Shown in pieces: positions 1-8,606 of a stretch of DNA of 34,970 nucleotides. The translations under genes were made by a program, and so were the position numbers. Location: assembly GCA_011526375.1 (NCBI GenBank), contig WTIT01000113.1:2799-37768 (forward strand), read 5' to 3'. The first letter of the stretch is position 1, and every line of letters starts with the position of its first letter. The notes below the pieces were generated by a model, which saw nothing but the letters and a program-made list of their open reading frames with translations, made no database searches and was not told the DNA's origin. The stretch is from Methanobacteriota archaeon (lineage in GTDB: Archaea; Thermoplasmatota; Poseidoniia; Poseidoniales; Poseidoniaceae).

Positions 1-1053
1 CTCTTCCAGAGGCTCATCCAACTCATGTCTGTTGGTAGCTAGAAGCATCAATACAGCCCCACCCAATGCAATCCATGAAACAGGCATGTGGGTAATTGGG
101 TGCAAAAAGAAACCAAGGATAACTAATCCAAGAATGAAGCCACTTGTTGTTAGCATCTTGTAGTCCTTGATGCCATATTTTGCTTCTAACTCAGCAACAT
201 CACGAATTCTCTTTCCAGAGAATTCATCCCTGTACATCCATTTCAATAACATGAATGCAGGAACAACAGTCATTAGAATACCAGGTGCCATTTCAATGAT
301 AAAATCGTTGAAGTTTACTCCCTCACTTGCAAGTTCAGCATACTTACCGCCTTCTGTACTTTCGATAGCATCTGGAGATAAACCGGAACCAATCATAATG
401 TTTGGTGGGTCGCCAATCATAGTTGCAGCACCACCGATATTAGAGAACAGAACCTCTGCAATCAGTATAGGAACTGGTTGTAAATCCAGTACTTTTGCCA
501 ATTGTATCGTGACCGGCGTCAGGAGGAGAACAGTGGTAACATTGTCCAAAAATGCTGAAAGAACTGCTGTTACGATACACAAAATAACGACTAACGACCA
601 TATCGAGCCTTCACTCTTTTTGTATGCCTCAACAGCGAACCACTCAAACACACCTGTATGAGATATGACCCCGACCATAACCATCATACCGAGTAGAAGT
701 CCAATGGTTTCCCAATCGATCATTGTTGTAACTGCCTTCAAACTTAACGCGGGTTCGTTGGTGAAATAGTTCAATGCAATTACAGCAGTTAACCCACCCA
801 AAGCCGCAGCGAGAGTTCTGTGTACGGTCTCGAAAATTATCAGGATGTAGACACAGATTAGAATTGCTAAGCCAACGCCAATTGCAGTATTTTTCATACC
901 ATCTTTGATAGTTAATGTAAGGTGTAAGTCATCATCACCAGAACCAGCAGCAGTTGTATGTCCAATTATCGATAGACAACCAACCACCAATAACAGAGTA
1001 AATGCAATTCTTTTTGAACGACTGTTTCGGTCTACTAAATTGAACATGTTCAT
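1..1053 (-). CDS. ArsB/NhaD (ion transporter superfamily) permease, OCA2/P-protein-like; 3' end truncated by window edge
   Basis: Not in ORF track because it has no stop in the window. Manual translation from ATG 1053 (alternative 1047) is open to base 1: MNMFNLVDRNSRSKRIAFTLLLVVGCLSII...ETVHRTLAAALGG...IDWETIGLLLGMMVMVG...SAFLDNVTTVLLLTPVTI...AEVLFSNIGGAATMIGDPPNIMI. DNVTT and NIGG..T.IGDPPN are family signatures; many hydrophobic helices. Confidence 0.9.
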   Translation of the reverse strand, partial: MNMFNLVDRNSRSKRIAFTLLLVVGCLSIIGHTTAAGSGDDDLHLTLTIKDGMKNTAIGVGLAILICVYILIIFETVHRTLAAALGGLTAVIALNYFTNEPALSLKAVTTMIDWETIGLLLGMMVMVGVISHTGVFEWFAVEAYKKSEGSIWSLVVILCIVTAVLSAFLDNVTTVLLLTPVTIQLAKVLDLQPVPILIAEVLFSNIGGAATMIGDPPNIMIGSGLSPDAIESTEGGKYAELASEGVNFNDFIIEMAPGILMTVVPAFMLLKWMYRDEFSGKRIRDVAELEAKYGIKDYKMLTTSGFILGLVILGFFLHPITHMPVSWIALGGAVLMLLATNRHELDEPLEE

Positions 1054-1105
1054 CCCTTAAACCGCTCCAATTGTAATGAATCTTTGAGCATTGTGTATGA
1101 AAATG

Positions 1106-1372
1106 CTAATGTTTCCACAATACTCCAACATTGCCTCTTGATGAAACCAGTGTTGAATTTGTTGATTCTGCAAGATGCGTCCAGACATTTTTTACATCGT
1201 CTTTTTGGAATAAACCTCGATTAATCTTGATTTTGACTATTGACTTAGTTGTTAGCTGATCGGTGATTTCGGCGATTAAATTCTCGGTAATACCTGACTT
1301 GCCAACCCTAATTGTCGCTTTTAAATCCCTTGATAGCGCTAATTTTTTGATATCTTTGGGAACTTCAGACAT
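1106..1372 (-). CDS. yhbY: YhbY/CRM-domain RNA-binding protein
   Basis: ATIRVGKSGITENLIAEI...IVKIKI...SRGNVGVLWK matches the YhbY pattern; next to rnp4 as is usual in archaea. Start moved to ATG 1372 because GGAGTGA lies at 1378-1384. Confidence 0.88.
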   Translation of the reverse strand: MSEVPKDIKKLALSRDLKATIRVGKSGITENLIAEITDQLTTKSIVKIKINRGLFQKDDVKNVWTHLAESTNSTLVSSRGNVGVLWKH

Positions 1373-1709
1373 TTGAATCACTCCTATGAAACTTAGGCCC
1401 TCCGCCTAATCGCTTAACAAAATTACATGTCAAACAGGAAATTATTGTTTGACCATGTTTTATCCTAACCCTTGTATTGGTTACATTACGTAATTTTTTA
1501 CATTGCTTGCAAAATAATAAATTAACTTCCTTAGGCATTTTGAGCCGATGCTTTCTGTTCAAAGCTAACAATTTACTCAATGCATTTTTCTTTAGTTCAA
1601 TTGAACTTTCTTGATTATCATGAATCAGAGAAATAAGTTCGCTTTGCACCTTTGCTGAATGCTTTTTCCGGTGGTCACGCGATTTCTTGTGCGACCTACG
1701 GTAACTCAT
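1365..1709 (-). CDS. rnp4: Ribonuclease P protein component 4 (Rpp21), divergent
   Basis: Basic protein with FCKQC...TRVRIK...ISCLTC zinc ribbon and LKMPKE segment typical of Rpp21; rnp4-yhbY synteny; SD AGGTGA at 1714-1719. Confidence 0.78.
   Translation of the reverse strand: MSYRRSHKKSRDHRKKHSAKVQSELISLIHDNQESSIELKKNALSKLLALNRKHRLKMPKEVNLLFCKQCKKLRNVTNTRVRIKHGQTIISCLTCNFVKRLGGGPKFHRSDSNV
1378..1384 (-). promoter_or_regulatory. Shine-Dalgarno GGAGTGA for yhbY
   Basis: 5 nt upstream of ATG 1372, inside the 3' end of rnp4. Confidence 0.6.
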
Positions 1710-1713
1710 CTAA

Positions 1714-1719
1714 TCACCT
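1714..1719 (-). promoter_or_regulatory. Shine-Dalgarno AGGTGA for rnp4, overlapping the adk stop codon
   Basis: Minus strand reads AGG TGA TTAG ATG; the adk TGA stop is part of the SD. Confidence 0.65.
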
Positions 1720-2349
1720 TGACAACGCTTGCAATATATCATTGGTAATCTGATCGATGACTCTGTCTCCGTCTATCCTGTGAAATATACCTTTATTCTC
1801 ATACCAGTCTGCCAAAGGCGAAGTTTGTTCATGATAAGCTGACAACCTCTGTAGTACAGTCGACTCATTATCATCCGCTCTTCGCTTCATTTCGGTACCA
1901 CCGCATTCGTCGCACACGCCATCAACACTTGTCGGATTGAAGCTGTCATGATATACCGCACCACATGATGCGCATGAGTATCTTCCACAAATCCGGTCCA
2001 CAATTCTCTCATCCGGGACTTCAATCGCAATGACATGGGTAACTGTAGTTATATTTGCGAGTGCTTCAGCTTGCGGCACTGTACGTGGAAAACCATCAAA
2101 CATAACACCATTTATTGCATCCGGTTCTTGTACTCTTTCTTTGATCAAATCAATAATTATCGAGTCCGGTACTAATTTACCTGCATCCATGTATTGCTTC
2201 GCGGCGAGTCCGGTCTGGGTGCCGTTTTTCACTGCTGCCCTCAACATATCTCCGGTGGAAACTTGAGGTAAGCCAGTGGAATCAGTAATTCTAGCGGCTT
2301 GAGTACCTTTACCGGCACCAGGCGGTCCAAACAAAACTATGCTGCTCAT
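1714..2349 (-). CDS. adk: Adenylate kinase (bacterial-type, 4-Cys zinc lid)
   Basis: GPPGAGKGTQ P-loop, STGDMLR, FDGFPRT, lid CASC...CDEC, RADD. Confidence 0.97.
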   Translation of the reverse strand: MSSIVLFGPPGAGKGTQAARITDSTGLPQVSTGDMLRAAVKNGTQTGLAAKQYMDAGKLVPDSIIIDLIKERVQEPDAINGVMFDGFPRTVPQAEALANITTVTHVIAIEVPDERIVDRICGRYSCASCGAVYHDSFNPTSVDGVCDECGGTEMKRRADDNESTVLQRLSAYHEQTSPLADWYENKGIFHRIDGDRVIDQITNDILQALSR

Positions 2350-2372
2350 AGTTGACCGACTTATTCATCTAA

Positions 2373-2378
2373 TTTCAA
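2373..2378 (-). promoter_or_regulatory. Putative TATA-box variant TTGAAA for adk-rnp4-yhbY
   Basis: At -29..-24 from ATG 2349; the same spacing recurs at other genes in the window. Confidence 0.55.
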
Positions 2379-2386
2379 TGTACCAC

Positions 2387-5300
2387 TTATCGTTGGTTCT
2401 TATCGAGCCACATTTGACCGTAGGCGTTCCATTGCTCCATTGACCAGCCAGGAGGCAGACCGGTGGCTGGAAGCGGAGGTGGAGTAGCTGGTATTGTTGT
2501 TGACGGAACAGTTTGTGGGGCAGGTTGTGGGACAGGTTGCGGAGCAGGTTGTGGTAATTTTGGGACGGATTTTTGTGGAGCTACGGGAGGCATTCCACTT
2601 GGAACTTGCCCTAACGGTGGCAGACCTGCTGGCGGCATCCCTGCTGGTGGCATTCCAGCGGGAGGCATACCCAACGGAGGTAGTCCAACCGGAATAGGAT
2701 TTACACTAGGAGGTGGAGTGAATTGGTCAGCCATTGATTTTGCTAATGCGGCTGCTATTTCTTCTTGAGATACCGAGCCGCTGGTCATATCATCTTGTGA
2801 TAAACCAATATCTAGGGCTTTGTCCCTTCTACTACTAGCATCAGGTAGATTACCATATGCATCTGCACTTACTAACTGTGTTCCGTCATCTTCGGTAGAA
2901 CCGGAATTTCGCATTTTACGTGACAAAACCAAAATTACTGCTGCCAACGCACCTAAGATCAATACAGAAACATACCATGGAACAATATTGAACAAGCCTT
3001 TGTTACCCTCAGCTGGTGATGAAGAAGTTTGTAGGTTGAAACTAGTAACTTCCTCGCCCTCCGATTCCAAGGTTACAATGAGCGTGTACGGTCCACGCTC
3101 GACGCTATCTTTGGGACTCACTTCAACTGTGACGGATTGTACTTGCCCAGGGCTAATGTCAACAGTTTCTGGTGTGACTGCAGGCCGCCATCCGTCAATC
3201 AAGTTGCCAGCATCATCGACGATCTTTACAGAGAGTTCTCCTTGTAGGACTACATTTCCATCATTTCTAACTTCTATAGTGGTTGATTGACTACTCCCTT
3301 TGGGAACACTTTGAAGTGGTTGGAGAACCTCATCATTGAGAGTTATGTTACCGAAAGTAGATTCTGATACCTTCACGTCCAAAATAACTGTTTCATCGAT
3401 TTGTCTATCTCCATTCGTTGCGGTGACTGAGATCGATATCTTGAACGCACTATCGGTGACATCTTGATTGATTGGTGGGATTATACCCAACTTGACAGTT
3501 TGATTTTCGCGAGGATCCAATTGAGTCACTGGATTGGCAAAACCAACAATCCAACCATCGGGTGGCAGGGAATAGGACCACTCCAAATCAGCTACCGAAT
3601 TGCCGTCGTTAGAAATAATAAAATCGGCATATGAATAGTCATCACTTAGCACACAATCGATGATTTCTGGAGATTCTAGATCAATAGATAACTTATCGAT
3701 GATTACCAATCTTGTGTTGTTGCTAACATAATCAAAATTAGACACCTCTGCCTTGATGTTAAACAAATTGAAGTCGCCCTCTAGAGAAGACACAGGCGAT
3801 GCTATGATGATTTGTATCGATTCAGTTTGACCTGCAGGAACTATCACTGGAACTTCATTACTGTAGAATAATCCATCATATACCAAATCAACATACCAAC
3901 TAGGGTTTGAAGGTTGGACGATTACATCTAAAGAAATATCAACATTGCCTAAATTAATTACCTGGTATTCCAGAGTAACTTCTTCTCCACTATCGATCAT
4001 GACATCTCTGACCTGAAGATTAGTACCTACATCCATGCCGTTGTTAATCAAATTAGTTGTATATAGCGACAATTCATCAACCTCAACTGTAACAGATTGA
4101 GAATAATTTAGCGTCAAGTCAGTCGAGGATGTAACGTAACACTGTATGGTATCTTCAAAACCAGAGGCTGGGCTACCTTGTGATATTTCAGGGACAAAAA
4201 TCCTCACTGGCATAGAGAGATATGTTCCGATATCCAACGGCTCAAAGTCCAATGAAGAGGAGTTTGAATTACCAAGCATAATCTGCCATAGATTCTCAGA
4301 AAAACACTCAACCGAATATTGAGCTTCTGAGTTTCCTGTATTCAAAGCAGATATTGCAAACGAAGCTGATTCACCAGGCAATGCAGACAGGCCATTAGTA
4401 CCGCTAACTACGATTTTCACATCATCAACTTCGTCGATGATTATGGTTAATCGGATAGAATGTGAGACTGTCGGTTGAGTTTGATATGCGACTGTCACAT
4501 CAACATAGAAGGTACCAGAACGGGCATATCTTGGATTGTTAGGATCATCCAAATTTGCATTAAGATTGTCGAAAATTAGGGAAACTTGAATGTCATCACC
4601 CGATTGACCTTGCGGCGAAAGTTGGTAAGGTCCAGTTTGAGATACTCCCTTCTGCCAATTGTCCTCTGGTGAGATAAAGTAGTTGAATACCGGATGTTTT
4701 TCTTGTACATTGGTGTATGATAATGTAACCATCTCTGTCCCTGTACCTTCATTTCTAATCGATATTGGAATATTGATTTCTGTCTCATTCCTCACATCAA
4801 AGACATTTATTGCCGCCTGTTGACGGTCTTCTTCGCTTGTCGGAATATTGCCTTCACCATCAAGCGGTATAACCCGAACTCCCAAGGCGGTAACTTCAAT
4901 TTCGATTTCTAAAACGTTGTTATTTATTCCAGATGATTCATCATTCATCTCATTTAGAACATTATTTGTATCTAAAGTTAATTTTAGCGTATGAAGCCCA
5001 GTTGTCGAAAAAGAGTGAGTTGTTATTTTTGATTCTATACCACTTGATGCAACGCCATTTGATTGGCCTTGAAACAAAATAGTTCCCATTGTTAGATCCT
5101 CTAACTTCCAGTCAAAACTTCCTGCATCAGCAGTACCTTGATTCATCCATGAGACCCTAACTGAAACAATGTCGTTTTGCAGTGGCGATTCTGAGGAGAG
5201 GAATATTGAATCAGAAAAAGCATAGATATCTGGACGGGCGACTATTGAGGCATCTCCAGTCATTACTATACTGAAATCTTGATCAACACCTCCTCTATGA

Positions 5301-7381
5301 ATAACTTGAACCAACCATTGACCGGAGTTGGTTAGCGAACCGGAAGGGATGCTAATTCTCTCCACGTTGTTTTTTGTATCACTTGACACTCCAATGACTG
5401 AATAACCTCCATTGAAATTATTGCCATTATATTGGTTGCCATCTGGATCAAAAACTATCAAATCAAGGTCATTAATCAACTTAGCATCTGATTGTGATGA
5501 TGTGGCACTGCCTGCTTCATCATTCCATGCTAGAGTTATTTCTAGACCGTGTGTTATATCTAAATTCAGTTCGTACAGTAGACCAAATGACGGTTGAAGT
5601 GTCTTTCCATCGTCATAATAGGTAGCCAACTGGGTAGCACCATCCATTGGCATGACGGTGTTTTCTATGTTTAATTGACCCCAACCTTCCTGATTATTTG
5701 GCACATCTAGAGCACCTAAATCCTCGGCTCCGTTTATCATTGCTGCCTTAATTAGTGACGCTGAAGGAGATGAGATGCCTACTTGCTCTCGCAGATATTC
5801 CCTCGTAAGCGCAGCGAGTCCTCCAGCAACTGATGCAGATTGTGATGTTCCGGACAAAGACATATACAGCGGGTCTCCGTTACCATGGGTTCCGCTTCCA
5901 CAGGCAAAGCCGCTTGGGTTTCTCGCTTCTTCTGCTCTTCCAGAACAAATTTCGATTCCAGGCGCGACAACGTCTGGCTTAATTCTGCCATCCATCGTCG
6001 AGCCATCCCTAGAAATCGCGTCAACTGCTCCTTGTGGTGTAGTACCACCGGTACCTGTGGTGCTAACACCGACTGAGAGTACATTCTTTGCTGTCGCAGG
6101 GGTCGTTACCATCGAACTACCAGTCCCGTCCCAATCACCGACAGAGAAAATGGGCAGAAGACTACGTTCATCTTTGACAAATTGGTCAACCGACCTAGAG
6201 TCCGCGGTATACTCGCCTTCGCTGCCAGATAAGCCCCAGGCATTGATAGCAATACGAGCGGTTTTCTGCTTTGCGTCTGCTAATAAATCATAGATTGAAC
6301 CCTGTCTACCAAATGTTCCAGTAGGGTCATACTCCAAAGCATACATTGTTACTGAAGCTGCTGGAGCAATACCTTTGGTTGACGAATCGCTTGAACCATC
6401 GCCAATCGCCGTCAGGGTTACGTGGGTTCCATGCCCTCCATTCGAGTCTGCTGGTGAAGTATCCAGGCCAAATTGTGTGTAAATAGCTGCAACTCTACCT
6501 GCGATATCTGGATGGTCACGGTCTAGGCCAGTATCAGCAATAGCCAACATCTCACCAGAGCCATCTAAAGTGAATGAAGCATCAGCATCAAGGGAAACCA
6601 CGCCAGATATTGCTCTAGCTACTCCGTTGTGAACTTCCATCGAAGATGTTGGTTCAATCCAAAGAATTCGCCCATCTCTGGCCGCGTTGAATAAAAATTC
6701 CTCACTATCACGCATTTCGACTTGACACATTGTGAAACCACACCAAGCATCATTTGCACCGAACCGTACCAAGTCTAGAGCAAGTTCTTCGTATCCACCA
6801 TAACCCAAGTCGCTTGCTGGAATTATTGACACAGTCGTGTACACATTATCGTACAGTAAGCTCGGATGCAAACGATAACCTGGCTGAACATTACCGACGT
6901 AACGGATTAGTTCAGAGTTGGTAAGAATATCAAGTGTATTTGTATGGGTTGGTAAAATTCTTACAATGAAGTTCCCTTCGCCAAGTATATCCAGAACTGT
7001 CAAATGACCAGCTTCTTCTAATTCTGTTATTAACTGATAATCGTAATCGTGAAACTGAATGTACTTCATCCCAGTTACATCATAGTCATTATAGTTAACA
7101 TAAGAAAGCGGAATAGTAGGAAATTCATCTGCTAATGGGTCAAACGATCCATGCGCTAAGTTGAGTAGTCCAGATAATTCTCTTATTGAGTGTCCAGTTT
7201 GGCTTTCACCTGAGATTAGATTCCAATGACTTTCAGAGTTGGAGAGTCCGTTGATTGAGTTGAGTTCACTCGAAGATTCAATGCTCGATTCACCAACCAA
7301 GACATTACTATTTACTAAAGGTGAAAATGAAATCCCGAGAAGCAAAATAATCCCGATTAGGACCTGCCTCGGCTTCAGCAT
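2387..7381 (-). CDS. Large membrane-anchored S8 (subtilisin/Kp43-like) serine peptidase with CARDB and Ig-like (NEW3/COG1470-type) repeats, C-terminal TM helix and Pro-rich tail
   Basis: Signal peptide MLKPRQVLIGIILLLGISF; triad motifs ADTGLD, GHGTHV, SGTSQS; DGRIKPDVVAPG, PSASLIKAAMINGA, EGWGQL, INDLDL, NNVER (Kp43-like); CARDB-like VSWMNQG...NEMNDE..NNN; repeated NxGN strands; TM WYVSVLILGALAAVILVL. Start 7381 preferred over track start 7441. Confidence 0.92.
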   Translation of the reverse strand: MLKPRQVLIGIILLLGISFSPLVNSNVLVGESSIESSSELNSINGLSNSESHWNLISGESQTGHSIRELSGLLNLAHGSFDPLADEFPTIPLSYVNYNDYDVTGMKYIQFHDYDYQLITELEEAGHLTVLDILGEGNFIVRILPTHTNTLDILTNSELIRYVGNVQPGYRLHPSLLYDNVYTTVSIIPASDLGYGGYEELALDLVRFGANDAWCGFTMCQVEMRDSEEFLFNAARDGRILWIEPTSSMEVHNGVARAISGVVSLDADASFTLDGSGEMLAIADTGLDRDHPDIAGRVAAIYTQFGLDTSPADSNGGHGTHVTLTAIGDGSSDSSTKGIAPAASVTMYALEYDPTGTFGRQGSIYDLLADAKQKTARIAINAWGLSGSEGEYTADSRSVDQFVKDERSLLPIFSVGDWDGTGSSMVTTPATAKNVLSVGVSTTGTGGTTPQGAVDAISRDGSTMDGRIKPDVVAPGIEICSGRAEEARNPSGFACGSGTHGNGDPLYMSLSGTSQSASVAGGLAALTREYLREQVGISSPSASLIKAAMINGAEDLGALDVPNNQEGWGQLNIENTVMPMDGATQLATYYDDGKTLQPSFGLLYELNLDITHGLEITLAWNDEAGSATSSQSDAKLINDLDLIVFDPDGNQYNGNNFNGGYSVIGVSSDTKNNVERISIPSGSLTNSGQWLVQVIHRGGVDQDFSIVMTGDASIVARPDIYAFSDSIFLSSESPLQNDIVSVRVSWMNQGTADAGSFDWKLEDLTMGTILFQGQSNGVASSGIESKITTHSFSTTGLHTLKLTLDTNNVLNEMNDESSGINNNVLEIEIEVTALGVRVIPLDGEGNIPTSEEDRQQAAINVFDVRNETEINIPISIRNEGTGTEMVTLSYTNVQEKHPVFNYFISPEDNWQKGVSQTGPYQLSPQGQSGDDIQVSLIFDNLNANLDDPNNPRYARSGTFYVDVTVAYQTQPTVSHSIRLTIIIDEVDDVKIVVSGTNGLSALPGESASFAISALNTGNSEAQYSVECFSENLWQIMLGNSNSSSLDFEPLDIGTYLSMPVRIFVPEISQGSPASGFEDTIQCYVTSSTDLTLNYSQSVTVEVDELSLYTTNLINNGMDVGTNLQVRDVMIDSGEEVTLEYQVINLGNVDISLDVIVQPSNPSWYVDLVYDGLFYSNEVPVIVPAGQTESIQIIIASPVSSLEGDFNLFNIKAEVSNFDYVSNNTRLVIIDKLSIDLESPEIIDCVLSDDYSYADFIISNDGNSVADLEWSYSLPPDGWIVGFANPVTQLDPRENQTVKLGIIPPINQDVTDSAFKISISVTATNGDRQIDETVILDVKVSESTFGNITLNDEVLQPLQSVPKGSSQSTTIEVRNDGNVVLQGELSVKIVDDAGNLIDGWRPAVTPETVDISPGQVQSVTVEVSPKDSVERGPYTLIVTLESEGEEVTSFNLQTSSSPAEGNKGLFNIVPWYVSVLILGALAAVILVLSRKMRNSGSTEDDGTQLVSADAYGNLPDASSRRDKALDIGLSQDDMTSGSVSQEEIAAALAKSMADQFTPPPSVNPIPVGLPPLGMPPAGMPPAGMPPAGLPPLGQVPSGMPPVAPQKSVPKLPQPAPQPVPQPAPQTVPSTTIPATPPPLPATGLPPGWSMEQWNAYGQMWLDKNQR
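2513..2554. repeat. 12-bp coding tandem repeat x3.5 (PQPA/PQPV)
   Basis: ttgtggggcagg-ttgtgggacagg-ttgcggagcagg-ttgtgg within the S8 tail. Confidence 0.85.
2610..2684. repeat. 15-bp degenerate coding tandem repeat x5 ((L/M)PP(A/L)G)
   Basis: cctaacggtggcaga-cctgctggcggcatc-cctgctggtggcatt-ccagcgggaggcata-cccaacggaggtagt; encodes LPPLG MPPAG MPPAG MPPAG LPPLG. Confidence 0.85.
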
Positions 7382-7404
7382 ATACTGGGGAAATCTGTTA
7401 GGTT

Positions 7405-7410
7405 TTTGAA
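7405..7410 (-). promoter_or_regulatory. Putative TATA-box variant TTCAAA for the S8 peptidase
   Basis: At -29..-24 from ATG 7381. Confidence 0.55.
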
Positions 7411-7437
7411 AACAACCGTTATATGTGGAGAAATTGC

Positions 7438-8478
7438 TCATAAAATATTGTTGTATTTAGCGATTGATTGGTCAGTTTTTGCGACCGAAGCCAGCCAATC
7501 CGATTCGGTGCCCATCAGCGCTCTAATCGCATCGACATTCTCCGGAATGACATCTGACTCTTGGTGAATCGCTTGGAAGTAATATAATGTGTTACCTTCT
7601 AATTTCACACCATCACGCCAAACAAAAATTTCATGCAAGTCACCCCACTTTCTCCCAATATCTCTAGCGTACTCCATAACTTCTGCAGTTGTTGTTATAC
7701 CAGTTTCACCACCATCCATCAAAATAATTCTTGGTTGTTTAGACCACATATCAATGACTGATTCAGTGGTTAGGCCATGGCCATCGGGCAATTGTGCAAC
7801 AATAACGTGGACATGCATTATGGTCGTTGGAACAGCAACGGCCATCGAGTTTATTGAAATTTCAGGCTTCACCGTCATTACATCAGGCCCGTGATGGGAA
7901 GGAACTTTCAAAACAGGCTTGATGGCATTTATTGGACCCTTGCTAGAGTCGCCAGGATCTGCTGCTCTACGAATCATAGTACATTCAACCGAAAGTTTAC
8001 CACAGTGATTGTACAAAGGCACTAGCGTTCTAGACAAACCTGTTGTATTGCAGGAGACTACTCTCGTGCCATCGGCATTTAGATTCTCAGCGTGGTTAGC
8101 AGAAGAAGTGTAAGACATTCCCGTCATTGCATGTTTTTCTCCTCCTTGGAAAATCCATTTTACTCCTGCTGATTGATATTTGTCTAAGTTACTCGCACCT
8201 ACTTTTCCTGGAGAGCAATCTATCACTATATCGGCAACTTCTAACAAATCAGTCAAGCCACCATGACATTCATATCCTGCAGACGCAAATGCGGCGATTT
8301 TGTCTGAATCGTCATAGGTACAATAAATTGGATATCCTTTCCTAACCGCTAAATCGCAACCGAATGCTGGCCTGGTTTTTGTCACACCAACAATTTCCAT
8401 GTCATCTTGTGCATCAACTGCATCCGCAACTCTCTTTCCAATTGTACCGTATCCATTGATAGCGACCTTGATTACCAT
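7438..8478 (-). CDS. gap: Glyceraldehyde-3-phosphate dehydrogenase, archaeal type II
   Basis: INGYGTIGKRVADA, QGGEK, RVVSCNTTGL (catalytic Cys), RRAADP, SHHGPDV, AIHQESDVIPENVDAIRA. Start set to ATG 8478 (MVIKVAING). Confidence 0.97.
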   Translation of the reverse strand: MVIKVAINGYGTIGKRVADAVDAQDDMEIVGVTKTRPAFGCDLAVRKGYPIYCTYDDSDKIAAFASAGYECHGGLTDLLEVADIVIDCSPGKVGASNLDKYQSAGVKWIFQGGEKHAMTGMSYTSSANHAENLNADGTRVVSCNTTGLSRTLVPLYNHCGKLSVECTMIRRAADPGDSSKGPINAIKPVLKVPSHHGPDVMTVKPEISINSMAVAVPTTIMHVHVIVAQLPDGHGLTTESVIDMWSKQPRIILMDGGETGITTTAEVMEYARDIGRKWGDLHEIFVWRDGVKLEGNTLYYFQAIHQESDVIPENVDAIRALMGTESDWLASVAKTDQSIAKYNNIL

Positions 8479-8606
8479 AATCTCACAATTCCCTGTCGAT
8501 AGAGAACATCTATTAACAAATCGTATCAATTATGAAATGAAAAAAAGTGTCTTGGATATCTGAATATTAAGAAGAGTATATGTTTATCCTACTGTGACAG
8601 AGTAAT

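Noticed and set aside
167-661. 164-aa plus-strand ORF
   Set aside because: Antisense shadow of the minus-strand transporter, which carries clear family motifs.
1714-2349. Bacterial-type adk as recent horizontal transfer
   Set aside because: This type occurs in several euryarchaeal lineages; the gene sits in an archaeal operon with native signals and composition.
2513-2684. Tandem repeats as CRISPR array or contingency locus
   Set aside because: No spacers; units are multiples of 3, in-frame and synonymously diverged.
2463-2768. Gly/Cys-rich ORF (CGAGCGTGCGAGCG, GGIPAGGIPA) resembling a RiPP or bacteriocin precursor
   Set aside because: It is the reverse complement of the Pro-rich protease tail (Pro codons read as Gly); no maturation enzymes nearby.
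7382-7441. Track start of the S8 gene at 7441, with ATGA overlap on the gap stop
   Set aside because: The 20-aa extension precedes a good signal peptide starting at 7381, and the recurring promoter element sits at -29 from 7381. Translational coupling is not fully excluded.
8479-8606. Longest intergenic region as possible ncRNA
   Set aside because: AT-rich divergent promoter region with no stable stem or tRNA/sRNA signature.
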